Part shown: in pieces, positions 22,051-31,585 of the stretch
Numbering within the stretch: the stretch's first letter is position 1
Layout of the letters: every line of letters starts with the position of its first letter
Assembly (NCBI GenBank): GCA_046482855.1
Contig: JAWOEH010000061.1
Location: forward strand, 8,687-72,686
DNA from: Bacteroidales bacterium
Lineage (GTDB): Bacteria > Bacteroidota > Bacteroidia > Bacteroidales > UBA12077
Length of the DNA: 64,000 bases
Direction: 5' to 3'
The notes under the pieces: model-generated
Seen by the model: only the letters and a program-made list of their open reading frames with translations
Told to the model about the DNA's origin: nothing
The model's database searches: none
Translations under genes and position numbers: made by a program

Positions 22051-23629
22051 TTTCGGTTAAGTTTATGGGTATGTAGATACTAAATGTACTTCCTTTTTTG
22101 TATTCGCTTGCAATCGTTACTTTCCCACCATGTGCTTCAGCAATTTTTTTAACATAACTCAGCCCCAGTCCAAAACCTTTAACGTCATGAACATTGCCGG
22201 TGGAAACCCGGTAGAATTGATCGAATACCCGTTTTTGGTCGGATCGTTTTATGCCCACACCACTATCCGTTACCGATACAATAACAAAAGAACCATTTTG
22301 GCGGGTTTTTATTGCAATTTCGGGTTTATCTTTTGAATATTTAAGTGCATTGTCCAATAAATTTAATAAGATATTGGTAAAGTGCACTTCGTCAATCCAT
22401 ACGGTTGATTTTTTTGCCTCCAGTTGAGTTGTTATATTTCCATCGCGTTGCTGTATCTGAATATGAAAATTCTTAGCTACGTTATCAATTACCTGATGTA
22501 TGTCAATTTCCTTGCGTTTAAGTTTAATTTCCCCTTGTTCTAAAAGTGCCGTCTTTAGCACTTTTTCTACCTGGTAACTTAGTCGCTTACTTTCCTCTTC
22601 AATAATAGAGGAAATATGGCCTACGTTTTTGTGCTCTATGGGTATGCTTTTGTCTTTTAACATCTGCGATGCTAATGAAATAGTGGATATGGGCGTTTTT
22701 AATTCATGGGTCATGTTATTTACAAAATCGTTCTTAATTTGAGATAGTCTCTTTTGCTTGAACATAATGTGTATCGTGGTAAAAAATCCCCCCAGGATTA
22801 TGAGCATAAGAATAATAGAGGAGATGGAAAGATACCCGGTTGTTCTGATAATGTAATTTTGCTCTTCGGGAAAATAGATGTTCAGGTAATTATCTTTGGC
22901 AAATACATCATTTGGGAAAAGTTGCGAGCTAAAGAAGTGGTTGCTGCTATGGTGCTCATAGTTTTCCGTTGCAAAAATGATGCTATCGGCTCTGTGTGTA
23001 ACTGCAAATTCGTAATCCAGGTTAACACCTCTGGCTACCAGCTCTCGATGAATAATCGTATCAAGGGTTTCCAAATCGATCCGTTCAATTAAATCAATAT
23101 CTACCTGGATGAGTTTGTTGACGATGTTTTCAACGAATACACGTTTGTTGGTAAGTTTTTCCAGAAACTCAGGGTTGCTAATGGATTGTGTATTAAGTAA
23201 TTTTTCTTGATTCTCTTTATTGAGTACAAAGTTTTGTTTTGTGTTTAATCGCATTGAGGTGTTTCCCACGAAATTGAGCTCGTTCAAAATGGCCAATGAA
23301 TCAGGATTAGTAAACCGGAATACTTCCTTATCCCAATCTACAATACGATATCCGTAAAGATTTTGCTGGGTTTTGTTGATTTGATAGTTAACACTTGTAT
23401 TGCCTCTTTTGCTTGACTCATAGGGTTCCACTTCGTTCACCATCATGTATACCATTTCCCGCTGCTCAACTTCTTGTACAATATTAAACAGGCTTTTATT
23501 AATTAACTGATTGAACTGTTTCTCATTTAGCTCAATGGCGTTCTTTATCCAGTTAAACTGAATGAGAATAAAACCTGCCAAAGTGAGAGATAAAATGATA
23601 GTAACTGCCCAAAGGGTTTTGTTTTTCAT
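22037..23629 (-). CDS. Sensor histidine kinase (RprX-like)
   Basis: It has two TM segments, the H-box FVNNMTHELKTPIS, and N/G boxes (LLNLLDNALKYS, DSGVGI, GFGLGLS). It overlaps the response regulator gene by 14 nt. I chose the start at M39 of the track ORF (MKNKTLWAV..., 23629); 23743 is possible. Confidence 0.9.
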   Translation of the reverse strand: MKNKTLWAVTIILSLTLAGFILIQFNWIKNAIELNEKQFNQLINKSLFNIVQEVEQREMVYMMVNEVEPYESSKRGNTSVNYQINKTQQNLYGYRIVDWDKEVFRFTNPDSLAILNELNFVGNTSMRLNTKQNFVLNKENQEKLLNTQSISNPEFLEKLTNKRVFVENIVNKLIQVDIDLIERIDLETLDTIIHRELVARGVNLDYEFAVTHRADSIIFATENYEHHSSNHFFSSQLFPNDVFAKDNYLNIYFPEEQNYIIRTTGYLSISSIILMLIILGGFFTTIHIMFKQKRLSQIKNDFVNNMTHELKTPISTISLASQMLKDKSIPIEHKNVGHISSIIEEESKRLSYQVEKVLKTALLEQGEIKLKRKEIDIHQVIDNVAKNFHIQIQQRDGNITTQLEAKKSTVWIDEVHFTNILLNLLDNALKYSKDKPEIAIKTRQNGSFVIVSVTDSGVGIKRSDQKRVFDQFYRVSTGNVHDVKGFGLGLSYVKKIAEAHGGKVTIASEYKKGSTFSIYIPINLTENGRN

Positions 23630-23838
23630 AAAAAAGTTGTATTTTTGCACCCTTAAAATATGGCTTTTTAGGGTTGCTAAATATGCTGTAACAAAGATAA
23701 ACAGTGGGATTAGAGAAGCTTTATCTTTAACAATATTTAACATTGCTTTAATCTACTTAACGGCTTTTTCCTGTAGGTTTGCAATGCAAGAATAAGTAAG
23801 AATCGTTTTTTATAGGTTTAAATTTTAGGGTTTAAGGG

Positions 23839-23875
23839 AAAAAAGAGCTGCTTCCGTTGGGAGCGGCTCTTTTTG
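23839..23875 (-). terminator. Rho-independent terminator after the M42 peptidase gene
   Basis: The minus strand reads AAAGAGCCGCTCCC-AACG-GAAGCAGCTCTTTTTT, a 13-14 bp stem with two G-U pairs followed by a T-run. Confidence 0.7.
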
Positions 23876-23888
23876 ATTAACAACTTGC

Positions 23889-24932
23889 TTAAAAGCTCCA
23901 ATCAAAAGAAGCAAGTTCCTTTAAACAGTGGGATAGTAGCTGTGTACCGGCGGCAATATCATCGGTGTGGACCGATTCAATTACCTGATGAATATGCCGG
24001 GTGGGAATAGAAACAGCACCTGCAATGGCTCCTTGTTTGGACATTCGCTGTACGTTGGCTGTATCGGTTCCGCCGGCCGGAAGTAATTCTGGTTGCCAGG
24101 GGATTTTGTGTTTCTTGGCTGTCTCCTTCATGTATCGAACCATCCGGTAATCGGCAATGGCCGATGAATCCATGATCTTGATACCCGCACCTTTACCCAG
24201 TTGTGTTACCTGTTCGTGTGGTTGTGAGCCGGGCACATCGTAGGCAATGGTGGTGTCGATGGCAAAACCAAAATGCGGCTGAATATGTTGAGTGGCAACC
24301 TGTGCACCTCGTATTCCTACTTCTTCCTGCACGGTAAATACTGCATACACATCGTAAGGGAGTTCTGTGTTTTTCAATTGCTTCAATACTTCAATCAGGA
24401 TATAGACCGATATGCGGTTGTCCAGGGATTTTCCATTCACGCAGTGGCCCATCTCTATTAACTCCCGTTCACGGGTAATGGGATTGCCAATTTCAATCCA
24501 TTCCTCTGCCTCTTCCTTTGACAGGCCCAGATCGATAAAGAAATCCGATACTTTGGCCTCTTTCTTGCGTTCTTCAGGGGTCATAACATGGATAGGTTTT
24601 GATCCCATAACGCCTGTCAAATCTTTTTTACCGTGAATAATTACTCGTTGTGCGGTGAGTGTTTTCGGGTCAAAGCCACCTAAAGGATGGAAGCGAACAA
24701 AACCATTGTCATCAATATGGCTCACAATAAAGCCTATTTCGTCCATATGGGCCGCCAGCATCACGCGTTTTCTGTCCTTCCCTTTTTTTATGGCCATAAC
24801 GTTGCCCAGGTTATCGGTCTCAACGTTATCTACAAATGGGGATACTTCCTGTATAATCAGGTTGCGAATGCGTTCCTCATATCCGGGTGCTCCGGGAGTT
24901 TCACTTATCTTTTTAAGTAAGTTAAAATTCAT
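23889..24932 (-). CDS. M42-family metallopeptidase (glutamyl aminopeptidase / FrvX-like)
   Basis: 347 aa with AHMDEIGF, SLDNRISV, FTVQEEVGIRGA and GGTDT motifs. Confidence 0.9.
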   Translation of the reverse strand: MNFNLLKKISETPGAPGYEERIRNLIIQEVSPFVDNVETDNLGNVMAIKKGKDRKRVMLAAHMDEIGFIVSHIDDNGFVRFHPLGGFDPKTLTAQRVIIHGKKDLTGVMGSKPIHVMTPEERKKEAKVSDFFIDLGLSKEEAEEWIEIGNPITRERELIEMGHCVNGKSLDNRISVYILIEVLKQLKNTELPYDVYAVFTVQEEVGIRGAQVATQHIQPHFGFAIDTTIAYDVPGSQPHEQVTQLGKGAGIKIMDSSAIADYRMVRYMKETAKKHKIPWQPELLPAGGTDTANVQRMSKQGAIAGAVSIPTRHIHQVIESVHTDDIAAGTQLLSHCLKELASFDWSF

Positions 24933-24961
24933 GGGTGTAATGTATTTACGTTTCCTTGTTT

Positions 24962-25399
24962 TTATTGAAAGGATTCTTGTATGCGTGCTTGTTCCTTTGT
25001 TGATAATTCTTCAATAGGGAAGGCAGCCAGAATCATGTCCATTGCATTCAACTTTGTAATAAGTTGTTTATGGTCTGTTTCGGTAAGATCTCCTGCAATC
25101 AACAGGATAAAGTCAATATTCTTGTGTCGTTTAAGAAAGAAACCCGCCTCACATTTGTTGTTTATTTGAATATATTGAAATGCCGAGTCTTTATTCCGTT
25201 GTTTGTACAGGGAAAAAGATTGAACCGTTTCCTGCTTTTTCTCTTCAAATACCAGATAGTCCGACTTCTGTAGTTGTAACCCCAGTTCCTGATTTAAAGC
25301 CCACGAAAAACGATAATCATTTTCATGCGAGGCAATACCAATTACCCTAACGGGAGTTGGAGCCTCAAACGATGCAAGTTTGTGTACTCTTTTTTTCAC
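24962..25399 (-). CDS. Conserved hypothetical protein downstream of rnc (possibly IPExxxVDY family)
   Basis: 145-aa ORF in the rnc-fabF-acpP strand block. The N-terminal IGIASHENDYRFSWALNQ resembles the Bacteroidota family found at this position. The family name is from memory and was not verified. Confidence 0.6.
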   Translation of the reverse strand: MKKRVHKLASFEAPTPVRVIGIASHENDYRFSWALNQELGLQLQKSDYLVFEEKKQETVQSFSLYKQRNKDSAFQYIQINNKCEAGFFLKRHKNIDFILLIAGDLTETDHKQLITKLNAMDMILAAFPIEELSTKEQARIQESFQ

Positions 25400-25467
25400 A
25401 CTACCCTTTCCTTCTGATTCAAAACGGAACTAAATATAAGAAAAAATAGAGAACAGGAAAAGATGTG

Positions 25468-26196
25468 TTAGTCGATAATGAGACCAATATTGAGTAGTGC
25501 CTGATGAGCAGCGTGCTGCTGCGCCTCTTTTTTTGATAGACCTGTTCCAGATCCTACTTCTTCCTGATCGAGATAGACAAAGGAGATAAATCCATTCGCA
25601 TACTGGAGCTCAGGGTGGTTATCCTGGTTCTCGAATTGTATCTCCTTTCTATTTTTCTGTGCCCATTCTATAAGTTTCGATTTATAGTCGGGATCCTGTG
25701 TTTTAAGTTCGGAGAGATCGATATATCGTTCAATAATTCGGTTTGTGATAAATCGCTTGGTTTTTTTGTAATTGGAGTCGATAAAGACAGCACCAATAAG
25801 GGCTTCTAACGCATTGCCGAAGATGTTTTTGGTCCCGTTATTTGGAATATGGGAGCGGACTAACTTGGGAAGGCCTAAATTGCAGGCGATTTCATTAAGC
25901 TTTTCGCGACTGACAATGCGTGCCCGCATTTTTGTTAAAAAGCCTTCTTCTTGTTCGGGAAAATGTTCGTATAGGTATTCGGCAATGACGGCATCCAATA
26001 TGGCATCGCCAAGGTATTCGAGGCGTTCATTATTCATAAATTTACCGCCTTCCCTTTTCAGGGAGGCGGATTTATGAGTAAATGCAATTTTATACACTTC
26101 GATATTTCGGGGATAAAATCCTAGCAATTTACGTAAGCTTTTATAAAAGAGCTTTTCTTTTGCCAGGCCCCGGATGGTAGGTAATCTCCTAAGCAC
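25468..26196 (-). CDS. rnc: Ribonuclease III
   Basis: 242 aa with the RNase III signature NERLEYLGDAILD and a C-terminal dsRBD (GSGTGLSKKEAQQHAA). Confidence 0.95.
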   Translation of the reverse strand: MLRRLPTIRGLAKEKLFYKSLRKLLGFYPRNIEVYKIAFTHKSASLKREGGKFMNNERLEYLGDAILDAVIAEYLYEHFPEQEEGFLTKMRARIVSREKLNEIACNLGLPKLVRSHIPNNGTKNIFGNALEALIGAVFIDSNYKKTKRFITNRIIERYIDLSELKTQDPDYKSKLIEWAQKNRKEIQFENQDNHPELQYANGFISFVYLDQEEVGSGTGLSKKEAQQHAAHQALLNIGLIID

Positions 26197-26201
26197 GTTG
26201 C

Positions 26202-27455
26202 TTACTCAGTATATTTTTTAACAATGACTGAAGCATTGTGCCCACCAAAGCCAAAAGTATTGCTTAAGGCTGTATTTACCTCGCGCTCCTGAGCTTTATT
26301 GAACGTGTAGTTCATTTTCTCGTCAAGCTCGGGGTCGGGTGTAGAGAAATTGATGGTTGGCGGAACAAAGTTTTTCTTAATTGCACCTATCGCAGCAATA
26401 AGCTCGACGGCACCTGCAGCACCCAGTAAGTGACCAGTCATCGACTTGGTTGAACTTACGTTGAGCTTATAACTATGTTCGCCGAACACCTTTTTCACTC
26501 CTCTGATTTCTGCAATATCACCAATAGGAGTGGCTGTTCCGTGAGTATTGATATAATCAATCTCTTCGGGTTCCATTTGAGCATCTTTCAGGGCTCGTTT
26601 CATTACAAGACTTGCGCCGAGTCCTTCAGGATGCGGGGCTGTGAGGTGATGAGCATCGGCTGACATGCCACCTCCTTTGATTTCAGCGTAGATTTTTGCG
26701 CCACGAGCTAAAGCGTGTTCAAGTTCTTCCAGAATCAGAGAACCGCCACCTTCACCCATAACAAATCCATCGCGTGTTTTATCAAAAGGACGTGAGGCCG
26801 TTTTGTATTCATCATTGTTGGTTGATACGGCTTGCATTGAGTTAAATCCTCCCAAGCCCGGTTCGTTGATTGCAGCCTCCGAACCGCCAACTACAAACGC
26901 ATTGGCTTTCCCCAAGCGGATGTAATTGAACGCATCAATTACAGCATTGGTTGAGGATGCACAGGCCGAAACCGTTGCAAAGTTTGGTCCACGGAATCCG
27001 TGTTTCATCGAGATATGTCCTGCTGCAATATCCAAGATCATCTTGGGAATGAAGAAAGGACTATATCGAGGCGTGTAATTGCCTTCGACGTAGCCTTTTA
27101 CTTCTTGCAGGAAGGTCTCGATGCCTCCAATGCCAGAACCCCAAATAACGCCAATTTCATCACGATCAACTTTTTCAAAGTCGAAGTTTGCATCGGCAAT
27201 CGCCTGATCGGCTGCTACCATAGCAAATATGCTGAAATTGTCAAGCTTTCGAATTTCTTTACGGTCGAAATGCGCTTTGGGATCGAAATCCTTTACCTCA
27301 CACGCAAATCTTGTTTTAAATTTTGAAGCATCAAAGTGAGTAATCAGGTCTGATCCACTTACTCCTTTGTACAGATTATCCCAGTACTCCTCAACTGAGT
27401 TTCCAATGGGGGTAATCGCTCCAAGGCCTGTTACTACTACACGTTTTAATTCCAT
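26202..27455 (-). CDS. fabF: Beta-ketoacyl-ACP synthase II
   Basis: 417 aa with the active-site Cys in VSACASS, and His residues in NTHGTATP and MTGHLLGAAG. Confidence 0.96.
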   Translation of the reverse strand: MELKRVVVTGLGAITPIGNSVEEYWDNLYKGVSGSDLITHFDASKFKTRFACEVKDFDPKAHFDRKEIRKLDNFSIFAMVAADQAIADANFDFEKVDRDEIGVIWGSGIGGIETFLQEVKGYVEGNYTPRYSPFFIPKMILDIAAGHISMKHGFRGPNFATVSACASSTNAVIDAFNYIRLGKANAFVVGGSEAAINEPGLGGFNSMQAVSTNNDEYKTASRPFDKTRDGFVMGEGGGSLILEELEHALARGAKIYAEIKGGGMSADAHHLTAPHPEGLGASLVMKRALKDAQMEPEEIDYINTHGTATPIGDIAEIRGVKKVFGEHSYKLNVSSTKSMTGHLLGAAGAVELIAAIGAIKKNFVPPTINFSTPDPELDEKMNYTFNKAQEREVNTALSNTFGFGGHNASVIVKKYTE

Positions 27456-27494
27456 GTTAGCAAAAATTTAAAACAAGAAAATGAAGTCAGAAAA

Positions 27495-27731
27495 TTATTT
27501 TGCGTGCTCTTCAATGTATTTTGTTGCATCGCCAACAGTGCCGATGTTTTCCGCTTGATCATCCGGGATAGAGATGTTGAATTCTTTCTCGAACTCCATG
27601 ATCAACTCAACTGTGTCAAGAGAGTCGGCTCCAAGGTCATTTGTGAAGCTTGCCTCGTTAGTTACTTCGTTCTCATCAACTCCTAACTTATCAACGATGA
27701 TAGCTTTAACTCTTGATGCAATATCAGACAT
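27495..27731 (-). CDS. acpP: Acyl carrier protein
   Basis: 78 aa with the phosphopantetheine attachment motif [11 protein letters not shown]. Confidence 0.96.
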   Translation of the reverse strand: MSDIASRVKAIIVDKLGVDENEVTNEASFTNDLGADSLDTVELIMEFEKEFNISIPDDQAENIGTVGDATKYIEEHAK

Positions 27732-28002
27732 AACTTTAAATTTTAGTTAATAATTAAGTTCAATTTTAACAGTGCAAAGAAATAGAAATACTTGAGATAA
27801 ATCAAAAAATATCCCTAATTTTTATGCAAAAATAATCTTTTTTGCCCGATTTATCCCATTTTTGCAGGATATTTTCGCCTGTTAAAAGGGGTCATTATTA
27901 GATGAAAAAACCGTAGCTTTGAAGAAAATCGACGCAAATATAGCTCTCTGCTACTTGGTTGATTTGACCCGCCTTGGCGTAATGAAAAACGAATCTTTTA
28001 TT

Positions 28003-28575
28003 ATGAAGACCCAGATTGCAATTTTCGCCTCCGGGAGTGGGACGAATGCCGAAAATTTAATTCAATACTTCCAAAATCACCCCCAAATTGAGGTGGGGTT
28101 AGTTTTCTCCAATAAACCTACTGCCGGGGTTATTGCCCGGGCCTACAAGTATGATGTACCTGTTGTGATAGGAGGGAAAAAGCTATTTCATTCAGCATCC
28201 TACTTTTTGTCGGTATTGGACCAACACAAAATCAGGTTTATTGTCCTTGCTGGTTTTATGTGGTTAGTGCCTGACTACCTTACGGCTAAATTCGACAGGC
28301 AAATGGTGAATATACATCCTGCTTTGTTGCCGAAGTATGGAGGGAAAGGCATGTATGGAAATCATGTTCATCAGGCTGTAGTGGCCAATGGTGAAAAAAC
28401 TACGGGTATTACCGTACATTATGTGAATAGGGAATATGACGAGGGCAATATTATTTATCAGGCAGAATGTCCTGTGTCTATCGGCGATACTCCTGAGCAG
28501 GTAGCTGAAAAGGTACACAAACTTGAATATAAATACTACCCAAGAGTCGTAGAGCAACTTCTTGAAAAGGGCTAA
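28003..28575 (+). CDS. purN: Phosphoribosylglycinamide formyltransferase
   Basis: I start it at the ATG at 28003 (MKTQIAIFASGSGTNAENL). It carries NIHPALLPKYGG and the formyl-transferase core. The ORF-track TTG start at 27919 adds an implausible N-terminal extension. Confidence 0.92.
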   Translation: MKTQIAIFASGSGTNAENLIQYFQNHPQIEVGLVFSNKPTAGVIARAYKYDVPVVIGGKKLFHSASYFLSVLDQHKIRFIVLAGFMWLVPDYLTAKFDRQMVNIHPALLPKYGGKGMYGNHVHQAVVANGEKTTGITVHYVNREYDEGNIIYQAECPVSIGDTPEQVAEKVHKLEYKYYPRVVEQLLEKG

Positions 28576-29267
28576 TCTTCGAATTTTCGGCCTATATTCA
28601 TGTGTATACCTACATGAAAAAGGAAGGGTTGGTAATCGTAGTGTAACTCTGTTTGGCTAATAGGCAGAGAGAGTCCTGCCTGCATAATGACTTTTATATA
28701 GCGGGAACCGAATTTATTTGTAATAACAGGCTCGAAAAATAGGTGGAAATCATCTGTAAATCCAGCTGTAGATGCATCAAGATCCATTTGAATGGCTGAG
28801 AAGCGGGTTGCAAAACTCCCGTCGTAATAGCCTGTTGAAAGGCCTATCCCGGGTTGCAGGAAAATTTTATTGAAAGAAGCTTCGGTATAGGGCGCATCAA
28901 ATACTGCCTCATCATACCGTCCTTTTATTTTTCCTGCACCGTAGCCACCAAATATTTCATAACGTCCTATGCGTCCCATTTTCTCATAATAGCCAACGCC
29001 CATCTCCACCATTAAATGTTTGTGGAAATCTTCGGAGCTATCGGAATGTTCATCCGCATAGCTTCCGTTTACCATAAGTGCCCAATTATCGCTCAGGGCA
29101 ACAGCCGTTTGTACATCCAAATTGCTGGTTCCTCCCGCAATAGTAGCTTGAACTTCTCCCTGGTTACTTAATAAGGGGCTGTTTACCATATTGGGGATGT
29201 ATTCCGGCGAGCATGCAGTAAAAAGTAAGAGGCAAAGGATGAGCCATGTAGGCTTTTGTTGTTTCAT
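28572..29267 (-). CDS. Putative outer-membrane beta-barrel lipoprotein
   Basis: 231 aa with a lipoprotein signal (LILCLLLFTAC), alternating aromatic/Gly-rich strands, and a C-terminal aromatic-rich end. Confidence 0.65.
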   Translation of the reverse strand: MKQQKPTWLILCLLLFTACSPEYIPNMVNSPLLSNQGEVQATIAGGTSNLDVQTAVALSDNWALMVNGSYADEHSDSSEDFHKHLMVEMGVGYYEKMGRIGRYEIFGGYGAGKIKGRYDEAVFDAPYTEASFNKIFLQPGIGLSTGYYDGSFATRFSAIQMDLDASTAGFTDDFHLFFEPVITNKFGSRYIKVIMQAGLSLPISQTELHYDYQPFLFHVGIHMNIGRKFED

Positions 29268-29342
29268 CTTGAAAGTGTTCAGCGTGCGATAATGAATATT
29301 GAGAATTAGCTGTCTGCTCTCTCCTTAACAAATCTTGTGCCG

Positions 29343-30596
29343 CTAGCGAATGTTGTCGAGTTTTTCTTGCCAGGCTGCTTTCACTTTTTCAAATCGTTGA
29401 CGATGCTCTTCTTTTATTGGCTCTACTGGTGGAGACTCCATACTTAATGGGTTGATAAGTGAGCCGTTTTTCCAAACGCGAAAGTCTAAATGAGGTCCTG
29501 TAGAGTATCCTGTACTGCCTACGTAGCCAATTGTTTCCCCCTGGCGTACATGTTGGCCTACAGTTAATCCATTAGCATATTTTGAAAGATGATTATATAC
29601 AGAGCTATAGACGCTATTATGGCGGATCTTTATATAATACCCGGCAGCCTTCCCATAGCTTTTTTTGATGATGATGCCATCGCCAATTGCCTGAATGGGA
29701 GTTCCGGCGGGTGCCGCATAATCCACGCCACGATGAGGGCGCCGTATTTTCAGTATAGGGTGTAAGCGACTGTGCGAATACCCTGAACTTATGCGTGAGA
29801 AACGCAGGGGTGCTTTCAGAAATTGTCTGCGTAAACTTTCTCCCTTTTCGTCGAAATAGCTCCATACGCTGTCTTGCAAGAACCGGAATGCATATAAAGT
29901 ATCATTGCGATGGATAAAGCGTGCCGCATTTATTCTGTTAATGCCTATGGAGGAGGTGTCGATAAATTTTTCTTCGTAAATCGCTTTGAAAGCATCTCCT
30001 TTGTCAAGAGCAAAGAAATCTACTGTCCATGCGTATATTTCCGATAACTCGAGCGCTAATGTATGGGGAAGTTGGTTGTCTTTCATCGTGTTCCATAAAC
30101 TGCTTTCGATAACACCTGCTGCCTCGGCTTGTTGTATGTTTATCTCTCGCTTACCCAAGCTAACTGAAGGTTCCTTACGGGTTAAGTTTACCTTCAGGTA
30201 GTCAACAGGCGAATGTTGATAGACAAAGTAAGCGAGCTGGTCGGGTGCCGTTGTGTGATAATACAACCGATAAGGCCTTCCTGCTTTAAAATGTCGAAGA
30301 TTGAAAAGTTCGTTGCTCTTTTGGGTTACTTCGTACACCTGGTTGCTGGGAAGATGTGCTTGATCTAATATATCGGCAAAATTTTGTCGGTAGCGGATAC
30401 GTTTTTCAACTACATGGAAGGAATCACTCACAATGCCAAACTCTAACGGGATATCTTCTAAGATAATATGTTCGCCTACGGCATGCAGAAAATAGGAATC
30501 CTGCTGAACCGGGATGCTTTCCGAGGACTTGAAAAAGATGAATAAAAGAAGCATAACTAAGGTTAGTCCGCTAAAGGAGTAGGCAATTTTTTTCAT
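29343..30596 (-). CDS. M23-family peptidoglycan metalloendopeptidase
   Basis: 417 aa with an N-terminal membrane anchor and the M23 motifs HRGVDYAAPAGTPI and GSTGYSTGPHLDF. Confidence 0.9.
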   Translation of the reverse strand: MKKIAYSFSGLTLVMLLLFIFFKSSESIPVQQDSYFLHAVGEHIILEDIPLEFGIVSDSFHVVEKRIRYRQNFADILDQAHLPSNQVYEVTQKSNELFNLRHFKAGRPYRLYYHTTAPDQLAYFVYQHSPVDYLKVNLTRKEPSVSLGKREINIQQAEAAGVIESSLWNTMKDNQLPHTLALELSEIYAWTVDFFALDKGDAFKAIYEEKFIDTSSIGINRINAARFIHRNDTLYAFRFLQDSVWSYFDEKGESLRRQFLKAPLRFSRISSGYSHSRLHPILKIRRPHRGVDYAAPAGTPIQAIGDGIIIKKSYGKAAGYYIKIRHNSVYSSVYNHLSKYANGLTVGQHVRQGETIGYVGSTGYSTGPHLDFRVWKNGSLINPLSMESPPVEPIKEEHRQRFEKVKAAWQEKLDNIR

Positions 30597-30644
30597 CCCA
30601 GATAATGGTTTAGATGTGAACTGTTTGTAATACTGCTTAAAAAT

Positions 30645-30692
30645 ACAAAAAATGAAAACCCCTTCGACATAAACTTAAGTGGAAGGGGTTTT
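30645..30692 (-). terminator. Rho-independent terminator after yitT-family gene
   Basis: AAAACCCCTTC (30655-30665) pairs with GAAGGGGTTTT (30682-30692). On the minus strand the hairpin is followed by a T-run. Confidence 0.65.
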
Positions 30693-30714
30693 ATTCTTTT
30701 CGTTTATTCGAATA

Positions 30715-31584
30715 TCAGGCTTTTATACGCTCAAAACCTTGTCCATAAACCCCCATAACATTTGCGGTTGAGATGAAGGCTTCGGGATCAATTTCTTTAA
30801 TAATACGCATGATCCTTATGGATTCCGGTTTCCTTACCAGAATGAGCAATATTTTTGAGTCTTTTTGGCTATACCAGCCTTTGCCATCCAGGATTGTGAT
30901 GCCCCTCCCGATTTCACTCCCAACTCGCTGGGCGATTTCCAGGTGTTTACGCGAGAAGATAAACATTTGTACTGTACGTTTTGCACCGGTAAGTACCATA
31001 TCGATAGCGTAAGCTGTTATTGCCATGGTTACATAACCGTAAACAATCTTCTCAATGGATCCAAACAGTAAAAAGGAAGAGGAAATGATGATAACATCCA
31101 AATAGAGGATGATCTTCCCGGGACTAATATTCCGGTATTTATTCACCATCATGGCAATGATATCGGTACCCCCGGTACTGCCACCCTGCGAGAAAACAAT
31201 GCCCACTCCTGCGCCGGCCAAAATACCCCCAATAACAGCAGCCATAAAATTCTCTTCCGACACAATAGGACCGTCGATAACACTTCCCAATATGGAGAGA
31301 AAGAGGGATAATACAAGCGTAGCATAAATGGTTTTAACGCCAAAACTCTTGCCCAGATGTTTTATCCCGATAATAACGAGAATTGAGTTTATTACAAGGT
31401 ATGAAATGCCAAGCGGGAAACCAGAGGCATAAAATATGAGGGAGGAGACACCCGTTATACCTCCACCGGTTATTTTAGCAGGAATCAGAAAGGCTGTCCA
31501 TCCCAAAGCGTTTAATAATAAACCCAAAGTGATAATGGCATAACGCTGGCCTTCCTGAACGATAGTTTGATATTGTGGTTTCAT
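30715..31584 (-). CDS. YitT-family membrane protein (DUF2179-containing)
   Basis: 289 aa with multiple TM helices, GGSTGGTDI, and a C-terminal soluble DUF2179-like domain. Confidence 0.85.
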   Translation of the reverse strand: MKPQYQTIVQEGQRYAIITLGLLLNALGWTAFLIPAKITGGGITGVSSLIFYASGFPLGISYLVINSILVIIGIKHLGKSFGVKTIYATLVLSLFLSILGSVIDGPIVSEENFMAAVIGGILAGAGVGIVFSQGGSTGGTDIIAMMVNKYRNISPGKIILYLDVIIISSSFLLFGSIEKIVYGYVTMAITAYAIDMVLTGAKRTVQMFIFSRKHLEIAQRVGSEIGRGITILDGKGWYSQKDSKILLILVRKPESIRIMRIIKEIDPEAFISTANVMGVYGQGFERIKA

Positions 31585-31585
31585 G

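Noticed and set aside
27919-28002. N-terminal extensions implied by the ORF track. These affect purN (TTG 27919), the hypothetical protein (TTG 17097), HK (23743), the PNPOx-fold protein (20811), tadA (57216), STAS (60308) and dprA (42432).
   Set aside because: In each case an internal ATG gives a product that begins at the conserved family N-terminus and removes overlaps with neighbours. The extensions are non-conserved, hydrophobic or odd sequence.
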